A DNA stretch of 63,935 nucleotides, filler included, from Octopus bimaculoides (lineage: Eukaryota): NCBI RefSeq assembly GCF_001194135.2. It is 8 parts of 7 records of this genome, joined end to end, with 100 filler letters (N's around TTAATTAATTAA, not from the genome) between each part and the next. Parts side by side here need not be neighbours in the genome. Positions count along the whole stretch, not along the records: positions 62,224 to 63,935 come from NW_026367970.1; 7 more parts are not named here. One strand, written 5' to 3'. A program made the position numbers and the translations under genes. Each line of letters starts with the position of its first letter. Position 1 is the stretch's first letter. Positions 62,947-63,935 of this stretch are shown in pieces. The notes beneath the pieces were generated by a model. The model searched no databases, had not been told where the DNA came from, and saw nothing but the letters and a program-made list of their open reading frames with translations.

Positions 62947-63399
62947 CTTTTCATTCTTAACGACAATAAGCAGTCGATTGGATTACAGTCTGTCATATCT
63001 GTAGCTAAAGGAATTAATATTCTAAAACTCTTAAGTTACAGCTAACTTGATCATTATCTTTGAAAATAATTTATGACAATTATAGAATCAAATTGTTAAT
63101 GATAAAAGAGAATAATTAAATTCATATTGCTAAAGACTGGTTTTCAAACGGGGCATCACAAAGGGTGCCTAATCGCATTGTGGTTTTTTCTTTTTTTTTC
63201 TCGTCTTAATATACCAATTTTCTAAATGTACCATTGCATATGCGACAAACAATTTTCAAAACATATCTTTTAAAAATCCCTTTCGATCTCATATCTGATG
63301 CTAGACTTCCCATAAGTCTTCACGCACTAAAACCTTATTTCGTGAATAAGCACTTCTAAAAACTGTGCGTTTAATATTCCGGTGAGGCTTTTACGTGAT

Positions 63400-63714
63400 C
63401 AAATGGCCGTTGCCAGTACCGCCTGACTGGCTCCCGTAGGATTTTCGAGCGAGATCGTTGCCAGTGCCCCTGGACTGGCTTGTGCGGGTGGCACATAAAA
63501 GACACCATTTCGAGTGTGGCCGTTTTCATGCGGGTGACACGTAAAAGCACCCACTACACTCTCTGAGTGGTTGACGTTAGGAAGGGCATCCAGCTGTAGA
63601 AACTCTGCCAAATTAGACTGGAGCCTGGTGTTGCCATCCGGTTTCACCAGTCCTCAGTCAAATCGTCCAACTCATGCTAGCATGGAAAGCGGACGTTAAA
63701 CGATGATGATGATG
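63400..63714 (+). mobile_element. RTE 3' UTR copy
   Basis: Tandem units, then GGAAGGGCATCCAGCTGTAGAAACTCTGCC and the (GAT)n tail. Confidence 0.88.
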
Positions 63715-63885
63715 AAATACGGTTGTTTAAGGCCTTCTACAAAATATATTAAAGTTTGGCCATCTAATTAGATTGTATATAACTATACTGAAACACTGCC
63801 TAGGAGAACATTTAGTTGAATAAATCAACCCAGTCCTAATTTTCTATTCTTAAGCCTGGTACTCATATATATATGTATATATACT

Positions 63886-63935
63886 GCATGACTGGCCCTC
63901 GTGCTGGTGACACGTAAAAGCACCCACTACACTCT
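63886..63935 (+). mobile_element. RTE 3' UTR fragment cut by the window end
   Basis: GACTGGCCCTCGTGCTGGTGACACGTAAAAGCACCCACTACACTCT. Confidence 0.8.

Overview
This is AT-rich, microsatellite-saturated eukaryotic DNA with many N gaps. Its repeat repertoire (tRNA-derived SINEs, RTE, Dong/R4 and CR1-type LINEs) matches what I recall for octopod cephalopods; the species is inferred, not verified. The window is not one locus. Seven artificial 100-bp spacers (44N-TTAATTAATTAA-44N) join eight independent pieces: 1-8450, 8551-22395, 22496-39045, 39146-49803, 49904-54202, 54303-60974, 61075-62123 and 62224-63935. I could not support any intact host protein-coding gene, tRNA, rRNA or CRISPR array. Nearly all ORFs in the track come from microsatellites, N-runs or antisense reading of repeats. 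Recognisable content is transposon debris: a full-length decayed DD34D mariner, a fold-back internally deleted mariner, a decayed Helitron with a nested hAT MITE, piggyBac-like TTAA MITEs, fragments of RTE, Dong/R4, CR1-like and Penelope-like elements, and at least four SINE families (labelled A, B, CORE and D here). The leads most worth checking are a 66-bp tandem array expanded inside an RTE 3' UTR, a CR1-like LINE sharing its 3' tail with SINE A, the fold-back mariner, minimal-hammerhead-like motifs in Penelope-type repeats, and a 58-nt near-perfect hairpin. I found no convincing novel multi-gene system. All family names come from motif recognition and need a database check.
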